A stretch of DNA of 43,989 nucleotides from Bigelowiella natans CCMP2755 (lineage: Eukaryota; Protista; Cercozoa), in NCBI GenBank assembly GCA_000320545.1, contig ADNK01002225.1:1-43989 (forward strand). The letters run 5' to 3'. Shown here in pieces: positions 29,276 to 40,721 of the stretch. Numbering within the stretch: the stretch's first letter is position 1; every line of letters starts with the position of its first letter. A program made the translations under genes and the position numbers. The notes under the pieces are model-generated. The model was not told the DNA's origin, ran no database searches, and saw only the letters and a program-made list of their open reading frames with translations.

Positions 29276-30234
29276 TATGTTCAATATTTCAAGGTTAAGC
29301 AAGTAGCTGGGCGGATTGCGCCAGCTATTGCGACAACAACGTAAGATGATCGGGCTCCGTTTACGTGTGTTTCAGCAGCGTGGTGGGGTTGGTAGGCGCA
29401 TGTTGCGGGCGATTAGAGAGAAGCATTTTCCTTCAAATTCGTCTTGCAGCGGCAAGTTTCACCCTCCTGTTTGACACGTATGGTTACATGAAAGATGATG
29501 GAAGGATCCCAAGTTTGTTCGTGACGATAACTACTTCTTTCCTAACTCCCTCGAAACTCTTACTACTTTCTAGCTGTCTTGTCTCCGGGCTCGCCTGCTT
29601 AGAGCTCTATAAGCTTGCTTCGGAGCGCAAAACGGCGATTGCTTCGGCCAATCCCGAGGGCCATGGGGAGGCTGCGTGTTCCGAGAAGGAAGATCCGGGT
29701 CGGATTTCTCGATACCGTAACAACTTCGTAAACCTAGCACTCCCTCTCCTAGCCGCTTCAGAACCTGCAAAGGCCACGATTGTCGGAGGTGAGCGAAATG
29801 TAGCTGTGTGAGACTGTTCATCCGCCGATGCATGTGTCATCTCTTCCTCCTCCCGGCTAAGATGAAATATGGTGTCGTTCTGCTCCGTGGCCGTAGGTGA
29901 GGAGGGCGAGGCCCGCAGCGGCTTCACTGTGTGGGATTGTGTCGAGATGCAAGGCGGGTCCACCACGATCCGCGATGTGCAAACACTGCTGCACGTGCGT
30001 TTCGGGGCGGCGCTTGAAATGCTTTCGCACGGCGCCCGACTTATATTTTCCAAATATGCGAATCTAGCTTCCCAGCGCTCTAAGATCGATGTGCTTGATG
30101 CCCCTATCTCTGCGCTCCTCGGCAAGGACTACGAAGAAACCATGGAAAGCAGCGGCTTCGTTGATTTGGTGGCGCTGGCGTCGGATGAGAGAGGCCAAAA
30201 CGTTGAGTTACCTCCGATTCGTCTGATGATGTAG
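21258..30234 (+). CDS. UBA1: Ubiquitin-activating enzyme E1, UBA1-like and divergent, many exons
   Basis: Exons encode [119 protein letters not shown] (catalytic Cys 27494-27496), ELEKDDD..FVFAAANLRAENY, AGRIAPAIATTT, YRNNFVNLALP and a C-terminal UFD FTVWD..VELPPIRL, with TAG ending at 30234. Confidence 0.93.
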
Positions 30235-31483
30235 TCGTTCGTGGCCCCCTGCGCCTTGTGGTCTTCTTTGATGGCATGGCACATCTAATGTAAGCTGGGT
30301 GATGAAATTAAGAGAGAATTCATCGTAATTCTAGCTGCTGCCTTTCTAGCTTTGCTTCCATTGACATGTCGACGTGTGCATGACCATGACTAGGATATCC
30401 TTGCTTGAGGAAGTAGCTGGATGATGCAAGCTAGCTCTAGCTGTAGTGACGCACAAGTAGCCTAGCTAGCTGGTGCCATGCATGTGCATGGAGACGGCAT
30501 TTGTTTTATCAGCCGCATCTAGGCATGCTAGCATGTCTGGACATTGCATCTTCCTAGAGTTGTAGAGGGTATGCACTTGTAAGGCGGATATAATTAATCA
30601 ATTAAATTTGTTCAATGTGGTCATCCTCATGTAGCTCTAAAGCTATGCAATGCATCGGCTACAGCGCTAACTAGCTAACCTTGGATCTGTTGGCTTGTGT
30701 CTAATGTTATTTGATGAGATGTATCTAGTCCGCAAGTTTGCTGGCTGTCATCGCGCGCCGATTTTTGTTGCTACATCAACCTGCAATTAATGCCAAAAGC
30801 AACAGCCAATACGATGCTGGCTAGCTGGTTCTGAGCGACGCAATCACGCTCAATTTTGTTGCTTTGTCAGTGACATCAATCTACTACACATGTAACGGTC
30901 TAGCGGTGTTATTAAGTCTTGAAGTGCTTGATCAAATACTGTTTAAAAGAGCACATTGCGATCTAGAGATAGTCGACAATCTAGCATAACAATGTGTGCG
31001 TCATGGCAGCAGCCAATGCTAGCAATGGGACACGCAATGGCATGCACTATTGCACACGCTAGCACGTGCTAGCGTGACAACTACTTGACTACAATGCACG
31101 AGTACAGCAGTGTGCAACATGTGGTCCTGCATCCATGCCCATGTGAAAATTAAAGCTAAGGCAATATTGTCGGTTCAAGCTGAAATGTCGTCGTAACTAG
31201 ATAACGATTCGATGATCATGCTAGGATTTTGAGACTTTTATTATACACATAGTTGTTCTTTATAATTTGAAGCGAAAGGCATACTTCACGTTTCAGGTCT
31301 GGGAATTATGAACACAGTCGTAACACCCAGCTAGTTTGTTTGCTGTTGTTTGTAATAATAGCCTTCAACATGCAATGAAATACTGAACGATATTAGGACT
31401 GGATTTTAATTGTCTTGGTACCGCTATTGACTCAAGAACATATATCGTTGTTTCACAAGTAAATACAAGATACAACCGCAGTA

Positions 31484-32380
31484 TCATAACTCGTCATCAT
31501 CATCGTCGAAAAGGCCCTCTACGAGTCCTTCCCCATCAGCGGTGTTGCCCACATCGGACTTCGAATCGCCGCCGTCAGTGACGTGTTTAAAGATATCATC
31601 TACAACATAGGGATCACGGGATTCTTGATCATCTTGCTTAGATTTATTTTCCGATTTCTTATTTCCTGACAACTGCGACTTCGAATCCGTTGCACCCTCC
31701 TCCCCTCTCTTCTCATCAGGCTTCTTCTTCTTCTTCTTCTTCCATAAGAAGGAAAGGAAATCTGGATTATTAACTACCTTTGGGACTTTTACGAGTTTGT
31801 TTACATATGTTTCTAGTTGTTTCCGCCTCTCCTCTAAAAAGGGCTTCGCAAAATGGTTTGTAAAGATTGGGTTGTGTCTCGGGGGTAGTCTTGGGAGGTT
31901 CTGGAGCAAGTGGTGGCCATCGTATGCCCCTCTTAGGAAGGCATCAAAGGTTACAAAATCCCGGAATCTTTTTACAAACGTATGCGTTTCCCCCTCGCAC
32001 GTCATTTCCACCCGGAAAACAGCCACTCTTTTCTCGCTTATCATTCGAGTAGACACCGAGGGTATCTTGCACTCGTATTCTTTTTCCTCATGATCGCAAA
32101 TATCGAAGGTCATCTCTGGCATGGGCCTTCCATCGAACTTGCAGGCATATGTGAAGGTGAAGTAGTCGATCCGTATCATAACCACCCCTTCCTTGCCCGC
32201 GATGTTGAATTTTATGTTCTCCTCCGCATCCATGATCTTTATGGAGTTCGTGATGCTCCGCCCATCAACGAGGAGCTCTCTTCGGCCAGATACATTGTTG
32301 TGTCGAAGTTGCACAATATGAGTAGTCTGCTGTTCTGGGTGCTTGACCCTCCAGCTCCGCGAAGTGATAGTGCCTCCCAT
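31484..32380 (-). CDS. Intronless protein: N-terminal FAIM1-like domain, PX (phox homology) domain and charged tail
   Basis: Single ORF; first ATG at 32380 (MGGTITS..), whereas the track start at 32401 is TTG. W..H....HIVQLRHNNVSGRRELLVDG resembles FAIM. KRFRDF..F...LR..LPRLPP..FLEERRKQLETYVNKL is PX-like. Confidence 0.8.
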   Translation of the reverse strand: MGGTITSRSWRVKHPEQQTTHIVQLRHNNVSGRRELLVDGRSITNSIKIMDAEENIKFNIAGKEGVVMIRIDYFTFTYACKFDGRPMPEMTFDICDHEEKEYECKIPSVSTRMISEKRVAVFRVEMTCEGETHTFVKRFRDFVTFDAFLRGAYDGHHLLQNLPRLPPRHNPIFTNHFAKPFLEERRKQLETYVNKLVKVPKVVNNPDFLSFLWKKKKKKKPDEKRGEEGATDSKSQLSGNKKSENKSKQDDQESRDPYVVDDIFKHVTDGGDSKSDVGNTADGEGLVEGLFDDDDDEL

Positions 32381-33242
32381 GCTTAGCTCGAAGGAGGCCA
32401 AGAAGGAGTGGAAACCTTGGAAATTCGTCCGCCAAATTCTGTTTAAAATACAGGGGATTTTCTATCTACGACAGCCGAAACTTCGTTATGCCTTTAATTT
32501 TATAGTTGAAAAATTAACCCGGAAACATCGCGTACCTTTGTGATGACTGCATTCATTTCACTCGCTCCTTCACTCAGGGCCACCTGCAATTGGCCACCTG
32601 ATCAACTGATCCTGGGCGAGCAAGGTGGGCACAAGACCAATGCATGAGCAGCGCACAGCATCAGATGGCAACACAATGTAATGATTCTGCGCCCCCTCGA
32701 TCCAACACGCTCGACGCTCATCACTCGTGCAGGTGAGGACAGTCAATTGACACGAAATTGGCCACATGCAACATGTCTGCACATGGCTGCTTCCGTGTGT
32801 CCGCTACGCAGGCATGCAACAGAAGCCTAGCAGCGGTGGCAGTGCATGTGACAGATCGCTTAAGGTGACATGCGATTCGCGCACTCATTGTTAGCTCTAG
32901 AGCTCTAGAGCTAGCTAGCTAGATGCTAGATGCGAAGATGTGCGGTACGCGCACATGCACACGCCAATGACCAAACTATTGATGCCACACGTTCAAGTCA
33001 ATCAGTGCCTTGACTGTGCCCACGCATTACAGCATGCCAGCATGTGCTGGAACAAACAAGTAAATCGGTCATAACATGTTCAGACATGGAGAAACGCATG
33101 CAGAGCACATCCTCTAGATCTTGTACGGGAATTATACGGGTCGGGAAGTGTGGCACTTACTTCCTGCTACCAACATCTATCATGCCATTTTGCTTTAAGA
33201 GACCGTAGTTCGTGGCATTTTAAGAACTAAAGAACTAAGCGA

Positions 33243-34688
33243 CTATTTCTTGTACAGTAACGCTGCTGTTTCACGCAGAGGTGTTGCTTCGTCTATTACA
33301 CCATTTTTGCACAACCTTACTTGCCGGTGGGATGTGTTAATAGTTGGAAGCAGCAAAGCCTTGGGAAAACATACCAATAAGAAGCAATCGACGGTTAGAA
33401 CGAAGATGGCCACTGAAGAGATTGTTCCGCAACTCATCGGCTCTTGCTTGGATGAAAAGTAGTTTTGTGCCGCAGCAAGAACAGCAACAGTGATCTGAGC
33501 ATACACCATTGCATTGTTCATATATCCATTGAGCAATCCTCTATTTCGCATAGTGCTGTGTTTCAAGCTCGGTAGCGTTTCCAGAAGAACAAACGCATTA
33601 GATATGTGCACCGGATACATCAAGCCGCAAATTGAGATGAGAACGATAGTTGATTCTTTATCCCTTAAAATTGCGGTTAAGGACATGGCAATTGATCCCA
33701 GCAACTCTGCAATGCAGTACACTCTTCCTGTACCGAGGTTTTTGTTTAAAAATGGCAAAGCCAAATTTACAAAGAGCGAGATGAACGCTTGTATAACGAA
33801 ACCAAATGTAGCAAAGAGGACACCATTATTGAAGTTGGTGCCGTGGACGTCGGTACCGCCAAAGACACAAAACGCGCAATATGACGAGAAGAAAAAGCAA
33901 AAGTTGCAGGTGACTAACCATCCTCCAAATTGCATGACCCAAAGCACTGCAAATTCCCGAGGGAGATCCCGCCACGAAATATCTCCATGAGAAGCCAATT
34001 GTTGCGAATCGCCCTGATTTTTTTCATCTGCGATAGACACTACTGCAGCCATACACCCTCCCAATACTGTGAGATTAATCAGTAGGCATGCAAAAAATCG
34101 ATTGCCACCCATGTACGCAATCACGGAATCAGGAAGAAATGTGCAAATCACAAACCCACATATCCGTCCCAAAACTGCAAAGGATGTGTACAAATTATTA
34201 ATCCTGTGCAAATCCTCGTCGCTTTGGGCATTGTCGTTCAATAGGGCTCTAGTAGGAGTAAGAAGAAGATCGAGACTGATATCCATCAGTCCAAAACCGA
34301 CGAACACTATTACAATTGATATACTTTTAGAGCTGCCACATAATCCTGAAAGGAGCTCGCCAAACCAAAGCGAGAAAACAATTAAAAAAACTCCTAAGGC
34401 AGCCATTGCTGAAAATATGATTAAAAATGGCTTTCGTCTACCCCAGTCGCTCGTGCAATTATCACTTAGCCCGCCGCACCATGGCTGCATGAAGGTTCCC
34501 AAGATGGGATTTAACAACCACACGAGCGAGGCAAGATAAGAGGGAAGGTTCAATGTCATTAGGAACGGTACCAATAGTGCCTCTCCAACACACCAACCCA
34601 TTTCGATGGGCAACGCCCCTAGAGCTACTAGATGCTCTCTGCTCGCACGATCTCGGTAAAACCGGCGGCATTGGGGAGAGGAGGTCAT
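33243..34688 (-). CDS. Intronless MFS transporter of the sucrose/H+ symporter (SUC/SUT)-SLC45 family
   Basis: 481-aa ORF with many hydrophobic helices and family motifs IEMGW..., LVWLLNPILGTFMQPWCGGLSDNCTSDWGRRKPF, DISLDLLLTPTRALLND and LWVMQFGGW. Confidence 0.88.
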   Translation of the reverse strand: MTSSPQCRRFYRDRASREHLVALGALPIEMGWCVGEALLVPFLMTLNLPSYLASLVWLLNPILGTFMQPWCGGLSDNCTSDWGRRKPFLIIFSAMAALGVFLIVFSLWFGELLSGLCGSSKSISIVIVFVGFGLMDISLDLLLTPTRALLNDNAQSDEDLHRINNLYTSFAVLGRICGFVICTFLPDSVIAYMGGNRFFACLLINLTVLGGCMAAVVSIADEKNQGDSQQLASHGDISWRDLPREFAVLWVMQFGGWLVTCNFCFFFSSYCAFCVFGGTDVHGTNFNNGVLFATFGFVIQAFISLFVNLALPFLNKNLGTGRVYCIAELLGSIAMSLTAILRDKESTIVLISICGLMYPVHISNAFVLLETLPSLKHSTMRNRGLLNGYMNNAMVYAQITVAVLAAAQNYFSSKQEPMSCGTISSVAIFVLTVDCFLLVCFPKALLLPTINTSHRQVRLCKNGVIDEATPLRETAALLYKK

Positions 34689-35830
34689 GCCCAGATTGCC
34701 ATTGAGCAGTGCCCTACTCGTACTCTGTATTTCCAGGAAATCTCGAGAGATCGAGAGATTGTGACATTCCGACGACTGCGATTCGTGCGTGTCTCGAAAA
34801 TTCTCAAGACTTATGAGCCGTCTTCTGACCGTTGAGGCTCCAAATTTGTATATCTTGGATTATTGTCATGATATTCGTACCCTCGACAACTTTTTCTTAT
34901 ATATTCTGTCAAATTTTGGGCCCATAAGCCATGGCTCTTTTTCTTTTGTACCGTTAGTTTACGAGAAAATGAATTTTAAAAGGAGCAATTTATTATTGCG
35001 GGAATGTGTGCACAGTGTCATCAATGAATCTGACCTGATCCGATACCCCCACGCGAAACCAGGCTTCCTTGGTAAAAATACCCAACAAAATACATATATC
35101 TCTCCAGAACAAGAAACAGCAAAATTACATTTATTATTTAGTTATTCCAATGACATTTCTATAAATATATCCGTCATTATTTTACATATAGAGCAAAATC
35201 TCCATCCTTCTATTTAATATTGTATCGAACTATATCGAATTAAATACCTTGTAAAGCTAGCTCGTATCCGGAATCAGGTGGAAGCTGTTTTGCTGCAATC
35301 AGGCCGTTTGAACAAAATTGCAATATTGTGGGCCTCAGATTATTTTTATTTTTCTGTGATGCTCAAATTGGAGTATTTAATTGATTGGTCTCTCTACGAG
35401 TTGTCGTCAAATAATTACATAATACAAACATTCATAATTTATAAATATATTGAATTATTTTATACATTGAAAGTTTACATTCCTCTTTTTAAAATCCTGT
35501 GTATTTCACTACTAAAATCACGAATGCCGGTATATTTTTCGTGCTGCTAAATCCAACTTTCAGACTCAAATGTCTACAACTTTTCAGAGAGCAGTTGGGA
35601 TGCGCTGCTGCTCACAGAAACAAAAACAAGAAAAGGTTGGGAAAACGGACAACGCATTTTGAAGAACAACGATTTTCGGATGTCGCACCCTTTAAATGCT
35701 GAACACTCATGCTTCTATTTGTATAATCCCCCGTTTATGACGGGGATTCATTGAGCTGTTTATGCTTTCCGTGTGTCTGACAGTTGGGAAACTGGTACAT
35801 CTAGACATATTCGGATACGCTAATGGAGAG

Positions 35831-38263
35831 ATGAGTGTAATGCTAGCTCCCCCCCGGCGGATGATGACACCTCTTCTTATCCTTTTCGCCACCCTCTTTG
35901 CGGCGGTCACTGCCTCGCAAACTACTGTACATCCCGAAACTCGCGTTGTTCCAAGGTAAAAATTGCTTTGCTCTAACCATCGTGCAAGAACGTCGCGGGT
36001 CCGGTGAGATGCGTGGCTCTCCTTCCTTGGCCCTTGTTTCTAACATATTTTATGCCCATTGCTTTTTCATTATCTTAGCATGAGAAAACAAGTTGGGCCT
36101 CAAAGGCCAGCATTGGCCTTCGCTTCAAGGGCACTTGCAGCAAGGGCAAGGCATCCCAAGCGGATCCAAGCAATTATTCACGCACAAAAAGACCCCGCTC
36201 CAGAAAAGGACAAGGAACAGCTGGTCGAAAGCGACAACAAGATCTTCTCGAAAATCCAATCCAACGTAAGAATATTGTATGTTAGAAGAAAGTTGCAAAA
36301 TTGAGTGTCGCTACCTCTCGCAATAACGCTGCCATCGCTAGTAATTCTATTTGATTGAGTCCTCTTCTGCTGTTCTGCTATCTAGGATGATGCGATGAAG
36401 ATGGTTGATAACATCAAAAACAATACAAAGAAATGGTTCCTTACAGCTGGAGCAACATCCTACGGCATCGGTACCCTGCTTTCGACCCTTTCAGGTAGAT
36501 CGTTTAACACTAAACTTGAGCCGTTTCAAGTGCTCATCCGCTATCACAACTCCGCAGCTATGGGTCGCCACGGTCCCCCAGAGGTTGCGGGAATGAACGC
36601 GATGGGCTTGATATGTAAGAATTCTTTTCATACAATGAAGTCATCGATTTCCATTTTTGACAAATCTCTGAATAATGAACCGCATAGTGAATTGTATACC
36701 CCTCGATTCCTTCCACACGCCACGAGTTCCTTCCGGACAAAGCACCGTCGCCCTAATTTAGACTCCACCCAACCCTCTTCCAATTTTCACACACCATATT
36801 ATTTAATCGAATGGACCTTCTTATTGCATGAGCTAGCCATTAATTCCATCAAAACAATCGCAGTTTTCTCCAGCTTGCTATACATGGAGAAAGCTAAACA
36901 GTACATTCAACGCCATGCGGCAGGTATCAGGAAGCCCTAATGTGTGCCTATGGACGAGAGACGAGTAATAACCAGCATGTATCATCCTTTCACGGACTTT
37001 CTTTTCTATGCAGAACTGACCAGACGTCCGAAGCAGCTCGTTCCAATTCCCGTTCGGGTCGCTACTGCTCCTACCCATGCGCCCGAACTCGATCTTCCGA
37101 GGTCGCTCAAGTCGAGTCCACGGACGGCAAAACCAGAGCGGCTGACCCCGCTGAAAACCACAAAGCGTGCGGCTTCTCCGGTAATGGAGTCGTCGCTGAA
37201 GAGGGCGGCGAAGAGGGCTGAGAAGAAAGAACACCGCAAGGAGAAAAAACACGAGTCGAAAGACCTGCCGCTCGATGGAAAGACTCGATACCTCGAGATC
37301 ACTGCTCCGAACGAGAAGCCCCGAGCTGTAACAGCAGGGGAGCTCAAAAAGAAGCCTTTGTCGTCGTCCTCTGCCGCCTCGCCCACCCCATCCGTCACCT
37401 CGTCCAGGGAGTCATCGAAGCACCTCGATAGCCTCGATAGTTCGCTCAGGCTGAAGAGGCCGCACCCTACGAAGGAGGGCATCGTCGGACCACGCGGGAA
37501 GAGTCGAAAGCGCATTGTCTCCCCGGACGTCTCTGACGAGGTGCAGATCGCCATGCGCTACCGAACCGCCACTCACAGCGAAGGCGAAAGAGGGCGCGCG
37601 GCTCCGAGCAAGGACGGCCTCCCCTCCTCCCAGAACCGCTTCTCATTCGACGAGGAGCTCCCGGCCGCCCTCATGAGCGCGAACGCCCAAGCTAGTTACT
37701 CCTCGTCGCTGACCGGGAAGGACGAGGACGGTAACCCCGCGTTCATAATGCCCAAGCCGTACCACCCTCGCGAAAGCGAGGATGAGGCGGCAGAGCAGCT
37801 ATTGCTGCGACGAGATCCAGAGGTATCAGCCGCGCTGGACATGGCCCGTAGGAGAGCTGCGGCTTACGTCGCTGCAGCCGCGAAGGCCACCATTGCTGCG
37901 GGAGCTCTGGTCCCTCCAGTACAAAAGCCCGACCGTAATGAAGTTGAGGAAGGACACCGTAAGAAGGCTGCTGCTTACGTCGCCGCAGCGGCCGAATCCA
38001 CCATTGCTGCTGGAGACAGAGCCGTTCCGTACAAAGGCGAAAGCATCAAGGAGGACAGTGAGTCACCCCCCAGCTACCATGACTTCAGGGCCACGCTAGG
38101 GAAAATCCGTGACCTTGTCAACGACAAGCCTCACCCGTACCGCGAGAAGAAGGAAGCGGCGCCCTCGTTCCCTCCCCCGGTTGAGGAGAAGCTGGCACCG
38201 TATCAAGTGGACAAGCCGTACCGAGCATCAGCTAAATCTCAGTCTGCAGGTGAATATGTATAT

Positions 38264-38302
<39 letters not shown>

Positions 38303-40721
38303 GTTTGATTTCGGATGTAACTGCCAACCTAGTACTGAGCAGGAGAGAGAGAGAAGATACCGATGAAAAGAAAAGAAGAGAGCGAACCAAATTGTGTGGG
38401 GGGTGCGGGCAGGGCTAGTATCTGGCTAGATTCTTTCTGCCAGAAAAGCCATTTTGTGAATTCTCTGGCACACTAAAACCGATGATGATCTTCGAGTCAA
38501 ACCCATCAACGTGCTTTCACCTGCAAAGACGTTTGGGCGTGATTGGGAGTTTAAACATTGAGGATATCATGTTGCTTACGACGATATTTTGATTCTGTTT
38601 GCAGCGAACTCGCTTCCCCCAAACATGCAAGGGCCAACTCGACTGCAGCCATTCTTTGCTCCGAAGCCGTATCGCCGCGCCGCCCAAACCACGACGCCGC
38701 CTGCAACAACAACAACAACAACAACAACGGCAGCAGACAAGGCAGCAGCAGCATCTGCGTCATCGCCGTCGTCGCCGTCGCTTGTGTATGGTGAAAAGCT
38801 TGATGTAACGATTCCTCAGAGCAAGAAGGGCATTCTGGACGGCGGAAGTAGTCGCGGCAGCAGCAATAAGGCGGAAAATAACGCTGCTAGCCCCAGCGCC
38901 GACAGCATGCCTGCGGCGCTGAGGGCCGCACTTGCTCAGGCGAATAAGGAGAAACGAGTGCCACAGGTGAAACCCTACCGTCCTTACGACGCGGGGGTGC
39001 TGAGTGCGTCTAAGACCGAAGAGACCAAGCATAACAGTCGCTCCTCTACTACTACAACTACTACTACTGTTCCTGGTAAACTCGACGATGACCTGCCAGC
39101 TGCCTACAAATCAGCAGCCCTCCAAGCAGGCAAGGGCAGTGGCCCGGTCCTCCCGAAGCCTTACGTGCCTAAGAGCGTCCAGAAACAGAAGAGCCACGAT
39201 GCCAAAGCAGCCAACGCGGAGAGCATCGAAGACGATTGGATCCCTGCAGCGCTGAGGGCCGCAATGAAGCAGGCTGGCGGCGTGCCTCAAAAGACGACGA
39301 AGACGTCCTCTGAGGCCGCTCCTTCAAAGCCATACACCCCCTCCGGTACGCCGTACAAGGCTGTTTCTGGCAGCAGCAGCAGCAGCAGCAGTACCATGGG
39401 AAGATCTACCCAAGGCGACGATGACATACCCCCTGCTCTTAAATCGGCAATCCAGCAGGCTGAGAATGCGAAGAGGGCCAAAACGCAGAAGCAGAGTTCT
39501 CCTTCGATGCCAAAGCCCTACGTGCCGGACGGCTTCAGGCAGGCAGCGTCGGAGGTCACTTCCAGAAACCGGGCAGATGCCATGAGAGCTCTGCACGGGC
39601 GCAGCAGCGACGACTACGAGCTCCCTGCCGCACTGCGATCCGCTAACGCCCAAGCCCAGAGTGGGAGGCGCAAGGCTGATGGAAAGCCTTCGTTCCAGAT
39701 GCCGACACCGTACAGGCCTGCAATCAGCATGTACGGCCAAGGCGGCGAGAAGAAACAACACCAGCAGCAGCAGCAGCCGCCGCCAAAGATCGAGCCAGCG
39801 AGCAGTAAGTACGGCGAGGAAGAGGCTCTCCCAGCTGCGCTTCGCTCTGCGAATTTCCAGGCCCAGAAGAAGAGCGGCAACGGTTTCGTGATGCCAACGC
39901 CCTACAAACCTGCTGCTCCCACTGCCTCCCTGCCATCAGCTACGACTGCGACTACTACTACCACCACCAATAGTGCCGGCACTCAGCAGCAACAACAACA
40001 ACAACAACAGCATCAGAGCCTTCCCGCTGCCCTTCAATCTGCCAACGCGCAGGCGAGCAAGAGCAAGCCAAAGCCTGCCATGCCCAAGCCCTACTACGCA
40101 CCTTCTCAGCAGGCTGCTGCCTCTGCTTCTTCTTCTTCTTCTTCTTTTTCCACGACTAAGAAGGTTGCGCCGACGATGCCGGCGAAGAAGACGCCTCACG
40201 CTGCTACCGCCCCCGCCATCGCTTCTGGGGTAGGAAGAGCGGTTGCTGCTGCGAGAAAGCCAGACGGGGAGAAACCCGCCGCGGCGGCCTCCTCGCCGTA
40301 CGACGATACTGTCTTCGAGGAAGAGGAGGAGATCGATTACGCGGTTGAGCTTCCCAAGCCGTACAGGCCCAGCAGCTACTCAGGTGAGGTCCCTGCCGAT
40401 CAACTACCATCGGTACTAGCGGCGGCTGAGAGGAAGGAGGAGGAGGCGAGTGCTCAGAAGAAGATGGAGGAGGATCTTGCGGCAGCAGCGCCAAAGACGA
40501 CCCCGAAGCCTTTGTCCCAAACAGAGATCATGCATCAAAAGGCCGCTGAGATTGTGTGGGGCAAGACGGATATCCCCGCCGCTCTCCGCTCCGCGGAGGC
40601 CCAGGCTTCCAAGCCGAAAAAGCCGTTTGTAATGCCCAAACCCTACAGCCCCTCCTCTTCCCAGTCTGCAGGGAGCAGCAGTGCCGGTAACAGAAAAGGG
40701 AAAAGCGAAGGCCGTCGTTAA
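35831..40721 (+). CDS. Signal/transit-peptide-bearing, largely disordered protein with nine LPAALxSAxxQA...MPKPY repeats
   Basis: Exon 35831-35955 (MSVMLAPPRRMMTPLLILFATLFAAVTAS, signal-like). Exon 36079-36265 (Arg/Ala-rich, transit-like). A short exon with hydrophobic WFLTAGATSYGIGTLLSTLS. Large exons ~37013-38249 and ~38604-40721. The small internal exons are less certain. Confidence 0.8.

Noticed and set aside
33514-34539. + strand ORFs of 156-158 aa
   Set aside because: Antisense shadows of the transporter CDS.
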